NCBI RefSeq assembly: GCF_037042905.1 | Contig: NC_087250.1 | Location: forward strand, 8,992,001 to 9,056,000 | Reading direction: 5' to 3' | DNA length: 64,000 nt | Origin: Lytechinus pictus | Taxonomy: Eukaryota | Position numbers and translations under genes: made by a program | Shown: piece by piece, positions 36,644 through 50,002 of the stretch | Numbering within the stretch: position 1 is the stretch's first letter | How the letters are laid out: the number at the start of each line of letters is the position of its first letter | The notes under the pieces: model-generated | Databases searched by the model: none | Told to the model about the DNA's origin: nothing | Seen by the model: only the letters and a program-made list of their open reading frames with translations

Positions 36644-39600
36644 CTGTATATGGAGATATAACCCGGGGAATAGTATAGATAGAGGAATCTAATGTCAAAT
36701 TATATCTGATTTTTTTTCCCCCTTTAACAGGGTTTTATTTTACTTTGAAAACCGATTCCAAATATAATTTTACAATATAAATTACACTCATTTGCATATT
36801 GGAGATAAACGAATATGAACACCATTATGTTATAATTCATCACAATCGTTAGCACAATGTATAGCTTTAGGTTATTGAAGTTATTTTACGAGGACTGCAC
36901 ATAATGTACTATCTCATAAATTTGAAGAGTTAAACATTAAAGGACTCTAAATACTATTTCAAGAAGAAGAGAATAAAAAACGGAAAATCTATGTTAAAAA
37001 CTCATCTTTTCGTTAAATAGATCATCCTTAGCATATGCGGCTTCAACTGTCTACTTTCAACTGTTAACATGTATAATTTGATTTTAGCTGACATTTCTTG
37101 TCTTCCTATGTATTTTCCTTAAGCGCTTAGAGACATTCTTTGTGATAAGCGCTATATAAATGATGTTAATTATTAATTATTATTATTATTAAGAACCTGT
37201 TATAAAATCATCCTGAATTTCCGTTTTACTTTGATTATAATAGTTTTAACTAATATAAAAATATACTGAAACCTTGGATGACCATTTGATGTCATTTCTA
37301 GTCTGAAATGGTATTCAGTAGTGCTTGGACTCTTATGTTATGGACTTCCAAATGCCACAAACTATACCACCCGATTTTTGTAGCTTGTTGAAAGTTTAAA
37401 CCAATATTAAATAAAAAATTAACACTCCACGATAGTATTATAATGGAGTCATTGTATTGGATAATGATTCCCTTTAAAACCTCCCCGGAAATTAAAAGAG
37501 AACGAAACCAAAAGCAAATTAAAGAAGACAAACATACACATCCACCGAAGACAACAGCGACAAAAATAAATAAACCAAAAAAAAAACACGAATCAAAACA
37601 AACAAAGATTCTGATATAATAAACATCAAAGCCACAGGTGTATTGATTTTTTGTTTGAGGGGCGCCACCAAAATTTGATTATTGATAGGAAGGGGCGGGA
37701 GCAATTCTATTGCATAAACAATTTTTAATTATTCTCCTTGAATTTCTGCGTGTAAATGCTGTGAAAACAAGCTTGTAGTCAGACAGGTGACAACTATATT
37801 TTCACTCAGTTACTTGTCCTCGCTCACTCCCGAATTTCATTATGCTCCTGTTGTAAATGCCCACCACCATGCCCCCCGTAGGTTGGTCTTTTTATTGTCT
37901 CGGGGCTTCCCTCTTGAAAACCCGTTTTCGTTTAAATGTTATCTGTTATATTTGTCATGTTCCTTTATTTTGTGTTTTCAATCCCGTAGAAACTTTGTAC
38001 ATTGTGATTTTGGATGATTTATTTCAATGAAAAAATAAATGAAAAACATATATAATTTCACACTCGGGAAGTTATCAAAGAGCCTGAATTCAAAGATAAC
38101 TTACATTGATGTTGTGGCGTGAACGTACAACTGCACGCATGGAGATGAGAGCGGACGGGATGCACATAGGCACGCAACAGGACTCATCCATATCCGCGGC
38201 CAGCATGCAAGGATAACTGGGCACACATATCGCACACAGACCTACAACATACAACAGAGATCCAAAAGTGTTTTTTTCTCACCGTAGATAGCCGTAGATG
38301 TAACTATATTACTATTTTTTAAATGAGGTATTGACCTGTCCTATTTATCTTATTACCGTGACAAACTTTCATTATTAAAATGACCTTTATTACAATTTAT
38401 TTATTATAATTGTCATCATTATGCTAATTGCAGACTACACATCATGAATATTCACAAAAAAAGAATCGTAAAGCTAAAATAATTTGCGACAATCATTAAG
38501 TTCGTCAACTTGCTTATTGTGATAATTCTTACGCTTATAATCATTAACAAGGTTTCTGGTGTGTGTTTCATAAAGCTGTCCGTAAGTTTAGAGCGACTTC
38601 AAGAACGACTAGTGATCCTTCTTGTACGGTTGTGAATGGTTCATTGGCGATGAATCAACGCATAAGAAAGGTTCACCGGTCGCTCTTAACAGCTTTAGGA
38701 AAGATGTGAGATGAGGTGAGATTTAAAAAAAATACACAATGTGAAGAAATTTAACCTTATTCAGAGACTTCACATTCTGTGGTATTAAACGATAATTAGG
38801 GGACAAAAAAAAAATCGTAGGAAATGAAAGTGGGGGGGGGGGGGGGTGAGGTATGACTTTCGACAACGACTTACAAATGGTCATATCGTCACAGCATGCG
38901 AACAACTCCGTAGTCCAGTCACGTGCTGGCCCGCGAGGCATCATGGGATTGCCAATCACTTGAGTCACCTAGTTTGACGTAACAATAAATTCATGATTCA
39001 ATTATTCATTTGTTATTGTTTTTTATTCATTTTTATCATTCACAGTAGGCAAATTAAAATATTGATATTGATTTATTTACTTTATTTACTGTAAGTCATA
39101 TTAATAATAACAACCTTTTGAACGATTCCCATACGGTTTCAGATCAAATTCATCTTGTGATATGGCACTTATTGACCTCCAGGATCATCTCCTTAATAAT
39201 ATGGATAAAAACTTACATTAATTTGGTATATTTCTTGATCTTAGTAAAGCGTTTGAGGTAATTAATTACAATATTTTACTTTCTAAACTTTATAATTTTG
39301 GTATACGCGGTGTTGCGTTTAAGTGGTTTAAGGATTATTTATCTGATCGTTTCAATTATACTGCATATAAAAATGCTGTCTTTCATCATGAGAGCCAGAG
39401 GCGTCGATCCTGGGGGGGGGGGGGGGGGGGCAGGGGGGCGATCGCCCCACCAATGAAAATATGGGGGGGGGGGCAAACATATCATTTTGCCCCCCCATTA
39501 ATTCCGGATATGCATTAAAAAAAACAAGATTGTAATGTTCAGCAAGCGAGATTGAGATACACAACTCGATCTTTATTTAAAATCGTGCTCAAAATGTCCG

Positions 39601-40020
39601 CTTTTCAGATTGGAATATAAAAATTTTCAGCTCGCGCTTCGCGCTCGCATCATTTCTGTAGCAAAAACCCATACTTTTCATGATTAAATTGGTGAATGTA
39701 AATGTCCCATTTTCAGTTCTAAGCCTCAAAAGAACTGCTTCAATTTGCAATCATCTTTTCTTGGATATATAGCTTGTTCTTTATCAAAAACGTCCAGTAA
39801 ACTGTATTTTTTTCAGAACGAAATATCAAAATTTTCAGCTCGCGCTTCGCGCTCGCATCTATTCTCTTTTAGATACAAATCTTAATCATTGGTACCAAAA
39901 ATGCTTAGAATATCAAGTTTTCAGCTCAGAATATAAAGAAATTTGAGCTCACTCTCGGCACTCGTACTATCTGTGTAGTGAGATACGTGTCTGTGTCTCA
40001 TGAGTCATACATATATATAG

Positions 40021-40095
<75 letters not shown>

Positions 40096-43000
40096 ATATA
40101 CATATATATATATGTATGTGTGTGTGTGTGTGTGTGTGTGTGGGTGTGTGTGTGTGTGTGGGTGGGTGGGTGTTTTGTACGATCGAGCGCCTTTGGAACG
40201 TTAATGATTTCGCCCCCCCCCAATCTGAAAAATGGATCGACGGTGTGGAGTCCCCCAGGGCTCCACACTGGGCCCTCTCTTGTTTTAATATATATATCAA
40301 TGATTTATGCAATGTTACTATTTTTTTTTTCATTTTGTCCTCTTTGCAGATGACACAAACTTAATTGCTTCCAATTTTGACTTTGATATTCTTGTGAAAA
40401 ATACAAATGAAGAATTAATTGAGATTACGAATGGGTTCCAAGCCAATGAATAAGTAATAACTTATGAAAAGACAACCTTTATGTATTTTAGTAAAGATCA
40501 TATTAAACATTGTATTTCAGATGTTAATATATTCATGCATGGAATCCCTTTGAGTACTTCGACAACTACAAAATTTCTTGGAATTACTTTAGATGACTCA
40601 TTATCCTATAACAACCATCGGTCTATTATATCCAATAAAATTGCAAAAATACTGGTATTCTTTTTAAACTAAATAGCTTTTTGCCACAGAAAGAGTTGTT
40701 TACGATTTATAATAGTCTTACCTTACCTTATCTCCAACATTGCAATATTGTTTGAGCAAATACTGGAAAAACAACATTGGAACCCTTTCATAAATTGCAT
40801 AAGAAAATTCTAATATGTACGAATTCACCTTTTAGATCTCATTCACGACCTTTATTTATATATGACATTCATAAATTGCAGCTTGCATCTGTATTGTTCC
40901 GACCAGTTAGCAACATAATCCCTTCTAACATCTCCCAGATGTTTCTCATAAATCGTTCAGTTCATTCTCATGATACTCGGTCAAGCAATAAATTTCATTA
41001 TCCTTAAAAAAGTTAAAACCCAAATTCTACTTAATTCATTAAGGCATCGTGGTCCTCGTATATGGAACAATCTTTACTACATTAACTTCATTTAAAGCCA
41101 TGTTAAAAAACTTGTATAAAGTGAATATTAAAAACTTTTTCTGCCTAATTCCACACTTTCCCCGACTGTCCCCCGTCCCCCTTGTATGTATGCTGGTGAT
41201 TGCTGATGCTGTGTGTATATTTTTCATTTGATTTTCATATGAATTTTTTTCTTGTTTTACGAGGAGCTACAACTCACAAGTTCTTATGAACTTTTCAATA
41301 GTTTTCCTTTTTCTCTTTTACATGTAATTTTCATTCTTGTACCTATTGTATATTGTTTTTTTTTATATTGGTGAGAAATAAATAAATTGGACTGTAATTG
41401 AACTTGAATTTATTTAAGAAAATACTGAAATTTGATTTTTTGTAATAAAATTGTTCGTATGGATGAAAAAACACACCCAGAGAGAAAGAAAATAAAAAGA
41501 GAACTTCGTGCAGACACGTTCAATACATTAGTGACTGAGGAGCGTTGTGGCGATTGATTAGTCTCCCAACTTTGAAACGGAGTGCCGAGGGTTCGAATCC
41601 CAACCATGGTGTATTTTCCTTCAGCAAGAAATAGATCCACATCATGCTGTACTCGACCCAGGTGAGGTGAATGGGTACTCGGTCGGATTTATTCCTTGAC
41701 CGCTTTGGCGCCTACACGACGCCTTAGCTACTTCCGGAGAAATGTTATGATACCAAACATCACGCAAAGTGCGCTACATAACTTGACATATTATTATTAT
41801 CATTATTATTACTGCAAATTCGTGATCTATTTCATCTCTTGGGGAGAAAATATAATACATGATTTCATGGAAATTGGAAGAAATTAAGATGGTACTTCTG
41901 GGCTCCGTTGTACAAAGATTAGCGATCAATCCTACGCTTGAATTTCACGATTAATTGTCCATTGTAGCCAATGCAATCAATGGAAGAAAAAAAAAATGTT
42001 CCAACGATCATTGCTAAGCGTTGTGTTACGGGGCTTTGGCCTTTTTATTTTTCACTATTCTGAAGCACCAATCAATGATTTTCAAGAGCGATTTTTTTTC
42101 TAGGCTTTATTTTGATAGCAAATCAGAGTCAAAAGTGAGAAAGAAGGGCCTTGGAGCTTATGTTTTAAGGTCAACTTAATGTTCCCCTGTGCCTTTAATA
42201 ACTTGCTTTTTGTAAATTTCCTTCATCTGCAGTTTTGTTGACAACGTAATACGAGAATGGTTGAAAGAACCTTTAGGTATTGATATCCGTGTCTCATCAT
42301 CTCTAACCGTTTATCCCACTTAGCATCATACCCTCCTCCATTTTATTCATTTTGGATCTCCATGGAAACGGGGTTGCCACGGATACCACAAACACGTCGT
42401 GGCGTCGTGGCGTCGTGGCCCAGTGGATTAGTCTCCGGACTTTGAAACAGAGGTCGAGGGTTCAAATCCCAGCCATGGCGTAATTTCCTTCAGCAAGGAG
42501 TGTGCTGCACTCGACCCAGGTGAGGTAAATGGGTACCGGCAGGAAGTAATTCCTCAAAAAAGATGTGTGCACCGAATAGGTAGCCTAGCTTAGCCGGGTA
42601 ATAATAGCAGGTGCCCGCTGGGAGAACAGTTTTCGGAACTGAAGTGGCTACCCTGGGTAAATATACCTTTATTATTAGTATTATTATTATTATTATAAAC
42701 ACCACATAATCTATTTACATTCATGGATCTCAGTAATCATCGCATTTCGATTGTGGCGCAGTCATACTGCGGAGGCGGACTCCAGATCGATCAAAGATAT
42801 TATGTGATTTACAATGCAATATCATGGGTTGGTGTAGGGTTAATTGGTTTCCACGGTCTTTAGGGTGTGTCTGAAGATTACCCTTACTAGGCCCCGTCTT
42901 ACAAAGAGTTACGATTGATCCGATCAACCGCAACTATGGAGAAACCATGTAGCAAAACTATGTAGAAAAAATAGGACATTTAGTGGATTGCCAGAAAGTT

Positions 43001-45760
43001 GGGATTGATCGGATCAATCGCAACTCTCTGCAAGACGGGGCCCCGCACTCACCAATACTCGTTGGTATCATGATACCTGCTTTTTCATGCCACTTGTACA
43101 GAATAAAAAGAAGTGGTAATAAATAGATAAATTCATGCCCTCCAGCCGCCAGTGGCACATATCGCATATAAAGGGACGGCATCATGAAATTTTGATAGGG
43201 GGGGGGGGCATTACGATCTTAGATAACGCCATATTTCTATATATATTTTTTTTTTACAAAGGAGGATTATATTAGTAGAATTAATAGACTCAACATTTGT
43301 TTCAATCTTTTCCTGTTAAATCTTATGTTTCTTTCTCCCTCTTTTCGTTTTTCTTTTGTTATCTTTTAATACTTGACAAAATCACTGTGGATGCATGTCA
43401 CCCCCACCCCCACTGCCCTTCCCTTTATGGTATCAACCCGCATGTATTTTTTTCTGACGTGACTGAACCGTATTTCTCTGGTGGGTTTATGAAAACATAT
43501 CAATAAATTAATTTTCATTTGTTTGGTTATCCTGATAGTTGCCACTGGGAAGTTTATGAGTAAATTGACTTTTCGAAGTAATACAAATATAAATTTCTGA
43601 CGGGGAATGTTAAGGACTACACTGTTCTACTGTAGTCCTTATTCTGCATTTTGTTAAAATGAGAATTTAAGCCTCATGTTATCGTAATTTTATGCATTTA
43701 AAAAGGAAGAAATTTCTACGTTGATGTCAGGGGCGAATGCAGGATTTTCCGGGGGGGGGGGGGGGCATTTTTTGGATAGAGTAGAGTAAGAAGCCCACAA
43801 AAAGAGTTGATTTCTGTCAGGAATAATTTGACAAGCAAGATTTACTACAAATTGGAGGTAATTTTGTCCAAGAATTTTTTTTACAAGCCTCCCCCCCCAA
43901 AAAAAATGGTATCACTATGGGATGTGCAGCAAATACCCATTAGCATTGGCGGCGGTAGCCAAAAATTTTAGGGGGGGGGGACCATCAAATTTTTTTGACA
44001 AGCAAACAAAAAAGGTTATCAAAAAAAAATTTGGGGGGGGGACGTGTGAAAAAAAATTGACAAGCAAAAAAAAAAAGAAAAAAATAGTTTTCAACAAAAC
44101 TTTTAGGGGGATCGTCCCCCCTCCTCAAATTTAGGGGGGGGGGACACGTCCCCCGCCTATGCCCATTAGTGGTACTTCATTGGGACGTCGCTATATTTCA
44201 CTCAAAGTATATTTAATCATAGTTATAATAAATGCAGAAATTCCTGCCAAAAAATAGCATGAAGAAAGCGCATTTTTAAAATAGACCCTGAATTTATGAA
44301 GAAAACTATGTGAAAATCAAACTGAATGACTGTCTGGACTGGTTTGACTGCCGCAGTTGGTTGGCCTTGATGGTGGGCCTGGTTGGTTAATCACAGGTTG
44401 GGCTTGAGGGAAAGCCTGGTTGGTCAAATGCAGGTTGGGCTTGAGCAAAAAATTATTGCTTCAAGCATAAGCCGGGTTAATTGGTCTTGATGGAAAGCCT
44501 GGTTGTATGGATTGGCCTTAATTGAGTAAAAGGCTGGTAGATATACTATATTATTTATTTGGAAACTAACCATTCACTGCAAAAACTCTGGTGGTGTTCT
44601 GACACCAGCCCGGAATCTATATATGAACACACCAGAGAAGTGTTAAACAACACCAGTTTCGTTTTGGTCTAACACGAGCTTGTTTATACAACACCAATTA
44701 GTATTAAAACAGCATCGGTTTGATTCCAAACTGGTGTTGTTTCAATACTTCTCTGGTGTGGACACCCGGGGGGGCCACTTCCATTGACGAGTGGATACCA
44801 TGCGCGACCACGAAGTCTTGAAAAGCACCCTAAACACGTATTTTCCATATTCTGAAAATGGACCCCTTAACAAGTATTGGCGTGTGAAACCCTACCCTTA
44901 ACAAGTATTGGAAACATATACTATTGGCAAGTACTCCCAGAACTGAGCCCCTAAACAAGTACGTACAGCAATGTATTTTCCATATTCTGAAAATGCACCC
45001 CTTAACAAGTATTGGAAACAAAACGATACTCTTAGCAAGTATCCCTGAAATGAACCCCTAAACAAGTACAGAGATATTTTATTATGTCACGGGTCCGTCG
45101 GTCGTCGATCGGTTTTACCTTTAGACACCATTATTTTGGTTTAGTACGGCCCCAGTCCACACCTCGCGCAAATCGGACTCTAAACACGTAGTGTTGGGGC
45201 AAAAAGGACATCCTTTATATAAGTTTGATTTTGTTTTATCATCCCCGCATATTTGACCCTAAACACGTATATTTCCGAGCGAAATAGATACCCTTTTTTC
45301 AATATTTTTGTGTTTTTGACACCCTTATCACGTTACGTACGTAACGTGCCCTATCTTGAAAAAGACATCCTTTTTACGTGTTTTTTTGGTCGCGCATGGT
45401 ATCCACTCGTCAATGTAAGTGGCCCCCCCGGGTGTGGACACGATAGATTCCGGTCTGGTGTTAAATCAACACCGGAGTTTTTGCAGTGTAACGACTGTCT
45501 GCTGGGCTGGGTGGACCGCACCAGTAATTTGTATACTTTGGGTCGGCCTTGAAGATAGAACCTGCTTGGTTAACCACGGGTTTGGGCTTGAGGAAAGGCT
45601 GGTTGGTTAAGTATGGGTTGGGTTGACGAAAACATGGTTGTTTAACTAAAAGATATAAAAATGTTTTGAAACTAACCTGAATGACTGTCTGTGCTGCTGG
45701 CTGTACCGTCACAGTTGGCTGGTTAAGCACCGGTTGTTGGCCTTGAGGATATGCCTGCAT
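36536..45760 (-). CDS. PLAC8/cornifelin-family protein, 140 aa; join(45760-45677, 38968-38875, 38241-38105, 36643-36536)
   Basis: GT-AG introns with phases 0,1,0. Protein: MQAYPQGQQPVLNQPTVTVQPAAQTVIQ-VTQVIGNPMMPRGPARDWTTELFACCDDMTIC-LCAICVPSYPCMLAADMDESCCVPMCIPSALISMRAVVRSRHNIN-GNLMNDCVCMTFCGYCATCQLAREVQMVKNGRAIP. It has the family hallmarks W..L..CC.D...C, R...R..HNI.G...D and C..CQ.ARE. Orthology (CNFN vs PLAC8) is not resolved. Confidence 0.9.
38105..38241 (-). CDS. PLAC8/cornifelin-like gene, third coding exon
   Basis: Acceptor TGTTGTAG, donor GTAAGT, 137 nt, open frame. Confidence 0.9.
38875..38968 (-). CDS. PLAC8/cornifelin-like gene, second coding exon
   Basis: Acceptor AACTAG, donor GTAAGT, 94 nt; encodes RDWTTELFACCDDMTI. 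Confidence 0.88.
39120..41408 (+). pseudogene. Degenerate LINE (CR1/L2-group) ORF2 3' fragment, split by a hAT-like insertion
   Basis: FLDLSKAF at ~39230, GVPQGSTLGP at ~40247, FADDTN at ~40344; stops and frameshifts; 3' tail near 41400. Confidence 0.8.
39396..40247. mobile_element. hAT-like non-autonomous element containing a (TA)n/(TG)n microsatellite
   Basis: CAGAGGCGTCGATCC ... GGATCGACG inverted ends; interrupts the LINE RT region. Confidence 0.65.
41537..41812 (+). mobile_element. tRNA-derived SINE (diverged copy, different tail)
   Basis: tRNA-like head with GGTTCGAATCC B-box; central TGCTGTACTCGACCCAGGTGAGGTGAATGGGTAC; (ATT)n end. Confidence 0.8.
42411..42697 (+). mobile_element. tRNA-derived SINE (tRNA-Gln-like head)
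   Basis: A-box TGGCCCAGTGG, CGGACTTTGAAAC anticodon-arm remnant, B-box GGTTCAAATCC, central domain, (ATT)n tail. Confidence 0.85.
42891..43042. mobile_element. Harbinger-like palindromic MITE
   Basis: GGCCCCGTCTTACAAAGAGTTACGATTGATCCGATCAA and its inverse ending CAAGACGGGGCC. Confidence 0.65.
44575..45488. mobile_element. CACTA-like MITE carrying a nested CCCGGG element
   Basis: TIR CACTGCAAAAACTC / GAGTTTTTGCAGTG; related to 11017-11233. Confidence 0.7.
44765..45432. mobile_element. CCCGGGGG-TIR element, 8-bp TSD
   Basis: Exact TSD TGTGGACA (44757-44764, 45433-45440); same family as 53555-54136. Confidence 0.88.
45677..45760 (-). CDS. PLAC8/cornifelin-like gene, first coding exon
   Basis: ATG at 45760 after acceptor CTATAG (exon from ~45776); donor GTTAGT; Q/P/V/T-rich N-terminus typical of the family; phase 0 fits the next exon. 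Confidence 0.75.
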
Positions 45761-45956
45761 TTTGATCACTCACTCTCTATAGATAATATAGTTAAGATTA
45801 AGGTTAGACCAATATAATACCTGAATATAATAATGATAATGATAATAATAATAATAATTAGAATAAAACAATAAAGATAATGATGATGCGGTCGGCGATA
45901 GTACTTGTACTAGTAATACTACTGCTACTACTACTACTACTATTACTACTACTATT

Positions 45957-46251
45957 CAGGGGCGGATCCAGCTTTTTATAAAGGGGGGGGGTTGGGGTGG
46001 TATGCGAGGGAGCGTAGCGACCGAGTCCAAGCGAGCGGAGCGAGCGAGGGGGGAGGGTGTGGGAGGGGGGTGTCCCCCCTCCCACAGTAGGGAAAATTTT
46101 TGAAAATCTGTGTGTGAAAATGGCGTTTTCTAAAATTACAAGTTAAAAAAAAAAGATAAGATTTTAAAAAATGGTCCCCGGATTTTTTTTTTTTTTTTGG
46201 GGGGGGGGGGGGGTTGCAACCCCCCAACCCCCCCCTCTAGATCCGCTTCTG
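45957..46251. mobile_element. hAT-like MITE
   Basis: CAGGGGCGGATCCA ... TAGATCCGCTTCTG; no clean TSD. A similar element lies at 48307-48797. Confidence 0.6.
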
Positions 46252-46602
46252 CTATTCTAGTCACCTGGTCTATATACATGCCTTTTGTTCTTAGAATTTG
46301 AATACTCTACCGGTAAAGCTTACGCAACATCTACATTTGAAAATGATAGTGCTTATCCTAATGAAAAATTACAAAGGTCATTTGAGAAAAGTTGATCATG
46401 AGCTAACCGTGAACTGGCTTATTGTTCACGGGCACATTAAATATCATATAGGTAAAAATTTAACCAATCTCTCCTGCATTTTGTTGTTGTTGATTAATTA
46501 AAAAAAATATCCTTCAGTGCACCCGTTACCTTAGAAATTAGACTAAACTTACTAATGTCGTAAAATGAACATTTCGACAGCAATACATGACTTTATACTC
46601 AC

Positions 46603-46700
46603 CTATCCACGAAGATGAATTTAGGAGGACCAGGAGTGGATGTTTATTTCCAAAGCGAAAGCGCAACTGGTAGGAATATGGCGGGTGTTTCATTTGCGAC
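46603..46700 (-). other. Candidate non-coding first exon of the PLAC8/cornifelin-like gene
   Basis: Strong donor AG|GTGAGT at 46603/46602 in non-repetitive sequence, with a modestly CpG-rich stretch upstream; the 5' end is a guess. Confidence 0.35.
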
Positions 46701-49700
46701 GGACTTGTGAGCCGTGCGCACCGAGTTAAATATCAACAGCAAAGTATTATCAAAATGGGCGTGGCGTGCCTAGTTTTGCTTTTCAGAGTTGACGCGTAAA
46801 ATGAGGACATGGAATGCGTTTCATTCATTCGTGTTTCGCCATCAAGTGAAGACACATTTTTTAAAATTAATAATACAGCTAAGCGGCTAAATTAAGGAAT
46901 ATAATATCCCCGGTATTGTGAGTTAAGAATATAACATTGATCTCATTTCGTGTTGGAGCATTTACTCATGATATTGAAAATTATTAACAATGACATTAAC
47001 CCATTTTGATTTGCATAGTTATGTTTTTTTAGCTATTGTATTGATCTTATTGATCAATTAATTGTGACTTTCCATTTTACTTTACATTTTCCCCCAAATA
47101 TCAAATGGCATATTTTATCTCAGAACATTTGAGAGGATGCTCGAATATTTCATTGCATTTAATTTTCTTGGGACGCACAGTTCAAAACAAACTTGGAAGC
47201 CACTTTCACCCCCCTAAATTTGGGAAACATTACAGTGTAAATAGTTTTTTCAAATAATGATTTAAAGAAAGTATGGAAAAGCCATGCTTGGTGTGAATGA
47301 CTTGGAAGTTAAATTGGCAGTACTGCGATAATTAGAGAGAGAGAAAAAAAAAGAGAATTATTACGATTGTATAGATAACATGTACAATTTTGCACGAAAA
47401 TGTGTCCCCGGCACGCTAAGGGTTAATAATAGTAATTTATTAAGGTGTACATGTTAATGATGGTGTCTTATATATCACGTCGTATCAAATAAATTATAAC
47501 CTGATAATTATTATCATCCCCAAGCTTCACAAAATGTAAAAATCAAAGAAAGAGTGTTTTACCCATGAATATTTTAGGTGCCCCGGATACTGCTTCATAA
47601 TTTATTTTGTCCTTACGAATTTCACGATGAACAGATGAAGTAGTACATCTTTTGCCTATCCTACATGTCTCTGTTTATCACTCAAGCTAAATATAAAAAA
47701 TGCGAACTTAATAATATAGCCTTCTCAACGTTCGACATTCTATCATGTTTATAGTTAGCTGGTTGCATGCATACTACTCCTTTGAACCCATTTCTCAGCT
47801 TTTCGCAAAACGAAACTACCAGCGCATATTTTCGAGTAATATACAATGCATTATAGACTGATGTATGCCATTGTTATGTTCCGGTTGTATTATTTTATGT
47901 GTGCCTGTCTGTGCCGGTGTGTTTTTGTATAGGAAAAAAAACTCCTATATTATGCAAATATTTGTATTTGATTGATCGGTGGGAAATTAAAATTTAAGGG
48001 GAAAGAATGATCAATATTCGCTAGCTGCGATCTAGTGCATGTAGAATAATAATATACGTTCACACATGATATTACAGTTCTGATGGTGCTAAATGTCAAG
48101 TAAAATTGAAGTAAATTGCCATTTTCGTCTATTCTGTGTTCTACCCGTTTGGTCTAATTCCAGTCTGATGCACTAAACCACTTTTGCAATCAATTTGTCG
48201 TATGATATTTTGGTCTCATCGCTAGTCTATTTACTATTTCATCTAAGTCCCATTTAGGCTATACCCATCTCGTCCAGTATCCACTTCGTCTAACAACATT
48301 AACTCCAGTGGCGGATCCAAGAGGAGGCACATCCGACCCTTGCTCAGGGCCCTGGGAACGATATTTGGACTTGGGTGCTGTGATGTCAATTTGACAAGAA
48401 AAGAGAGAGATAAAAAGTTTAACTCCAAAACGAAGGTTATATTTGCTGTGAGAAATGTATATGTGCTGCGAGAAATTTAACAAGCAAAACAAACATAATA
48501 ATAATAATAATAAAACAAAGAAAAAGGTTTCTCTAAAGAATTAAGATAATTTTGGTTACATTTCTCCATTTTGTCACACCGATCAGAATTTCTGGGGAGG
48601 GGGGGGGGGGGGGTTCTGCCTATGGACAATACTGCACGCGGCACCCCCAACACCCCCGCTTCCCACGGCCATGCCCTTGCCTCCTTGAGACCAATAAAAA
48701 AAGATTTGTTAGTGGAAAAAGTCGCGCAAAAGCAAGTGAAGACCTCTTTTATGTTTGGTAATGCCCCCCCCTTCAGGAAATCCTGGGTCCGCCCCTGACT
48801 TAGTCTTCATGATAAGATACTCTATTTATTAACGAAATTGTAATTTGAAAATGTGAGACAATAAGTAGATGAAGTGGGAACCAGACAAAAAGGAACTAGA
48901 CTAACCAAACATTAAATCATGTGTTGTGAAGGCCATACGACAAGTACACCAAATTGATACTAGACCCAATGGCCCGTATTCTGATAGTAGGATTAATTTA
49001 ACCCTAGTCTACAGTTAACCCTGGTTTAACTAAACCTCCAAACCTCACCTCTGGTCTAAGTGTAGTTTAATTATTTTCGTATTCTGATACCCATGCAGGT
49101 TTAACTAAACCTGGGTTAAACCCGGGTTTACATTTTTTGTGGAAATAATCAGCCTCTTTTGATCAAGACCTGCAACTTTTGGGTAAATTTCAGCTGCAGG
49201 GGTGACTGCAACAAAGTTGAAAAAATGTTAATAAAGTTGTTTTTTCTTAATTTTTTTTATTTTATGGAAACTAATTACAACTATTGTAGTAAAAGAAGAG
49301 CATTCATCACCCGTATATGGTAAGGATTTTTTATTCAGATTATCTATATTTTTGTTAATTACCTAAACATTTCAATCCCGAACCGAGTGACATGCACAGT
49401 TTTTTTTGTGTATCAGTCCCATTTATTACTTTTCATGTATTGTTTGTAACAAACTAAATTGAATAGATTCCTCTCGACATCTTTATTCTAACTTTAGTTG
49501 AAGTAGACCTAAGGGAAAACTTTTGTAACTCTTGAGACTAGTCTTGGGTCAAACATTAGGCCTAGATCTAGCCTAGGCCCAAGATCTACAACTAACATCC
49601 GTCTGTTTGGAGGAGAATTGAACACTGTTTTGACTTTTTACTTTCCTGAACTTAGGCTGAAGCAAAACATAACTTTGTAATAATACAAGTCTAGTGCCGT

Positions 49701-49772
49701 AGTGGAGCAACCGAGACTGAAGCTACATAGGCCTAGATCTACTAACGTTAGACCTATATTAGTATTGGTCTA

Positions 49773-50002
49773 CCCCTACAGAAATTTAAGCGTGCTGCAT
49801 GCAGGTAAGTACATGAAGCATGCAACTAGCAGGGCGCTCGCTTGATATCCGAGTGCATGCTAGCGAACAGTTTCTGCTCGCTAAAGATCGCTTAACTATT
49901 ACTCTGCACGCATATTTATTACACGCTTATTACGCTAGCCGCATGCTAGTTACTAGCATGCTGCAAGCGTGTTGCAAGCTAGCTTGAAAATTTCTGTGAG
50001 GG
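49773..50002. mobile_element. EnSpm-like (CCC-type) MITE
   Basis: CCCCTACAGAAATTT / AAATTTCTGTGAGGG with TA on both sides. Confidence 0.6.

Noticed and set aside
45461..45769. 102-aa single-exon ORF
   Set aside because: Only 45760-45677 fits the spliced gene; the rest is read-through into degenerate exon copies and a transposon end.
46990..47426. piggyBac-like element ending GGCACGCTAAGGGTTAA
   Set aside because: Only one convincing terminus; boundaries cannot be supported.
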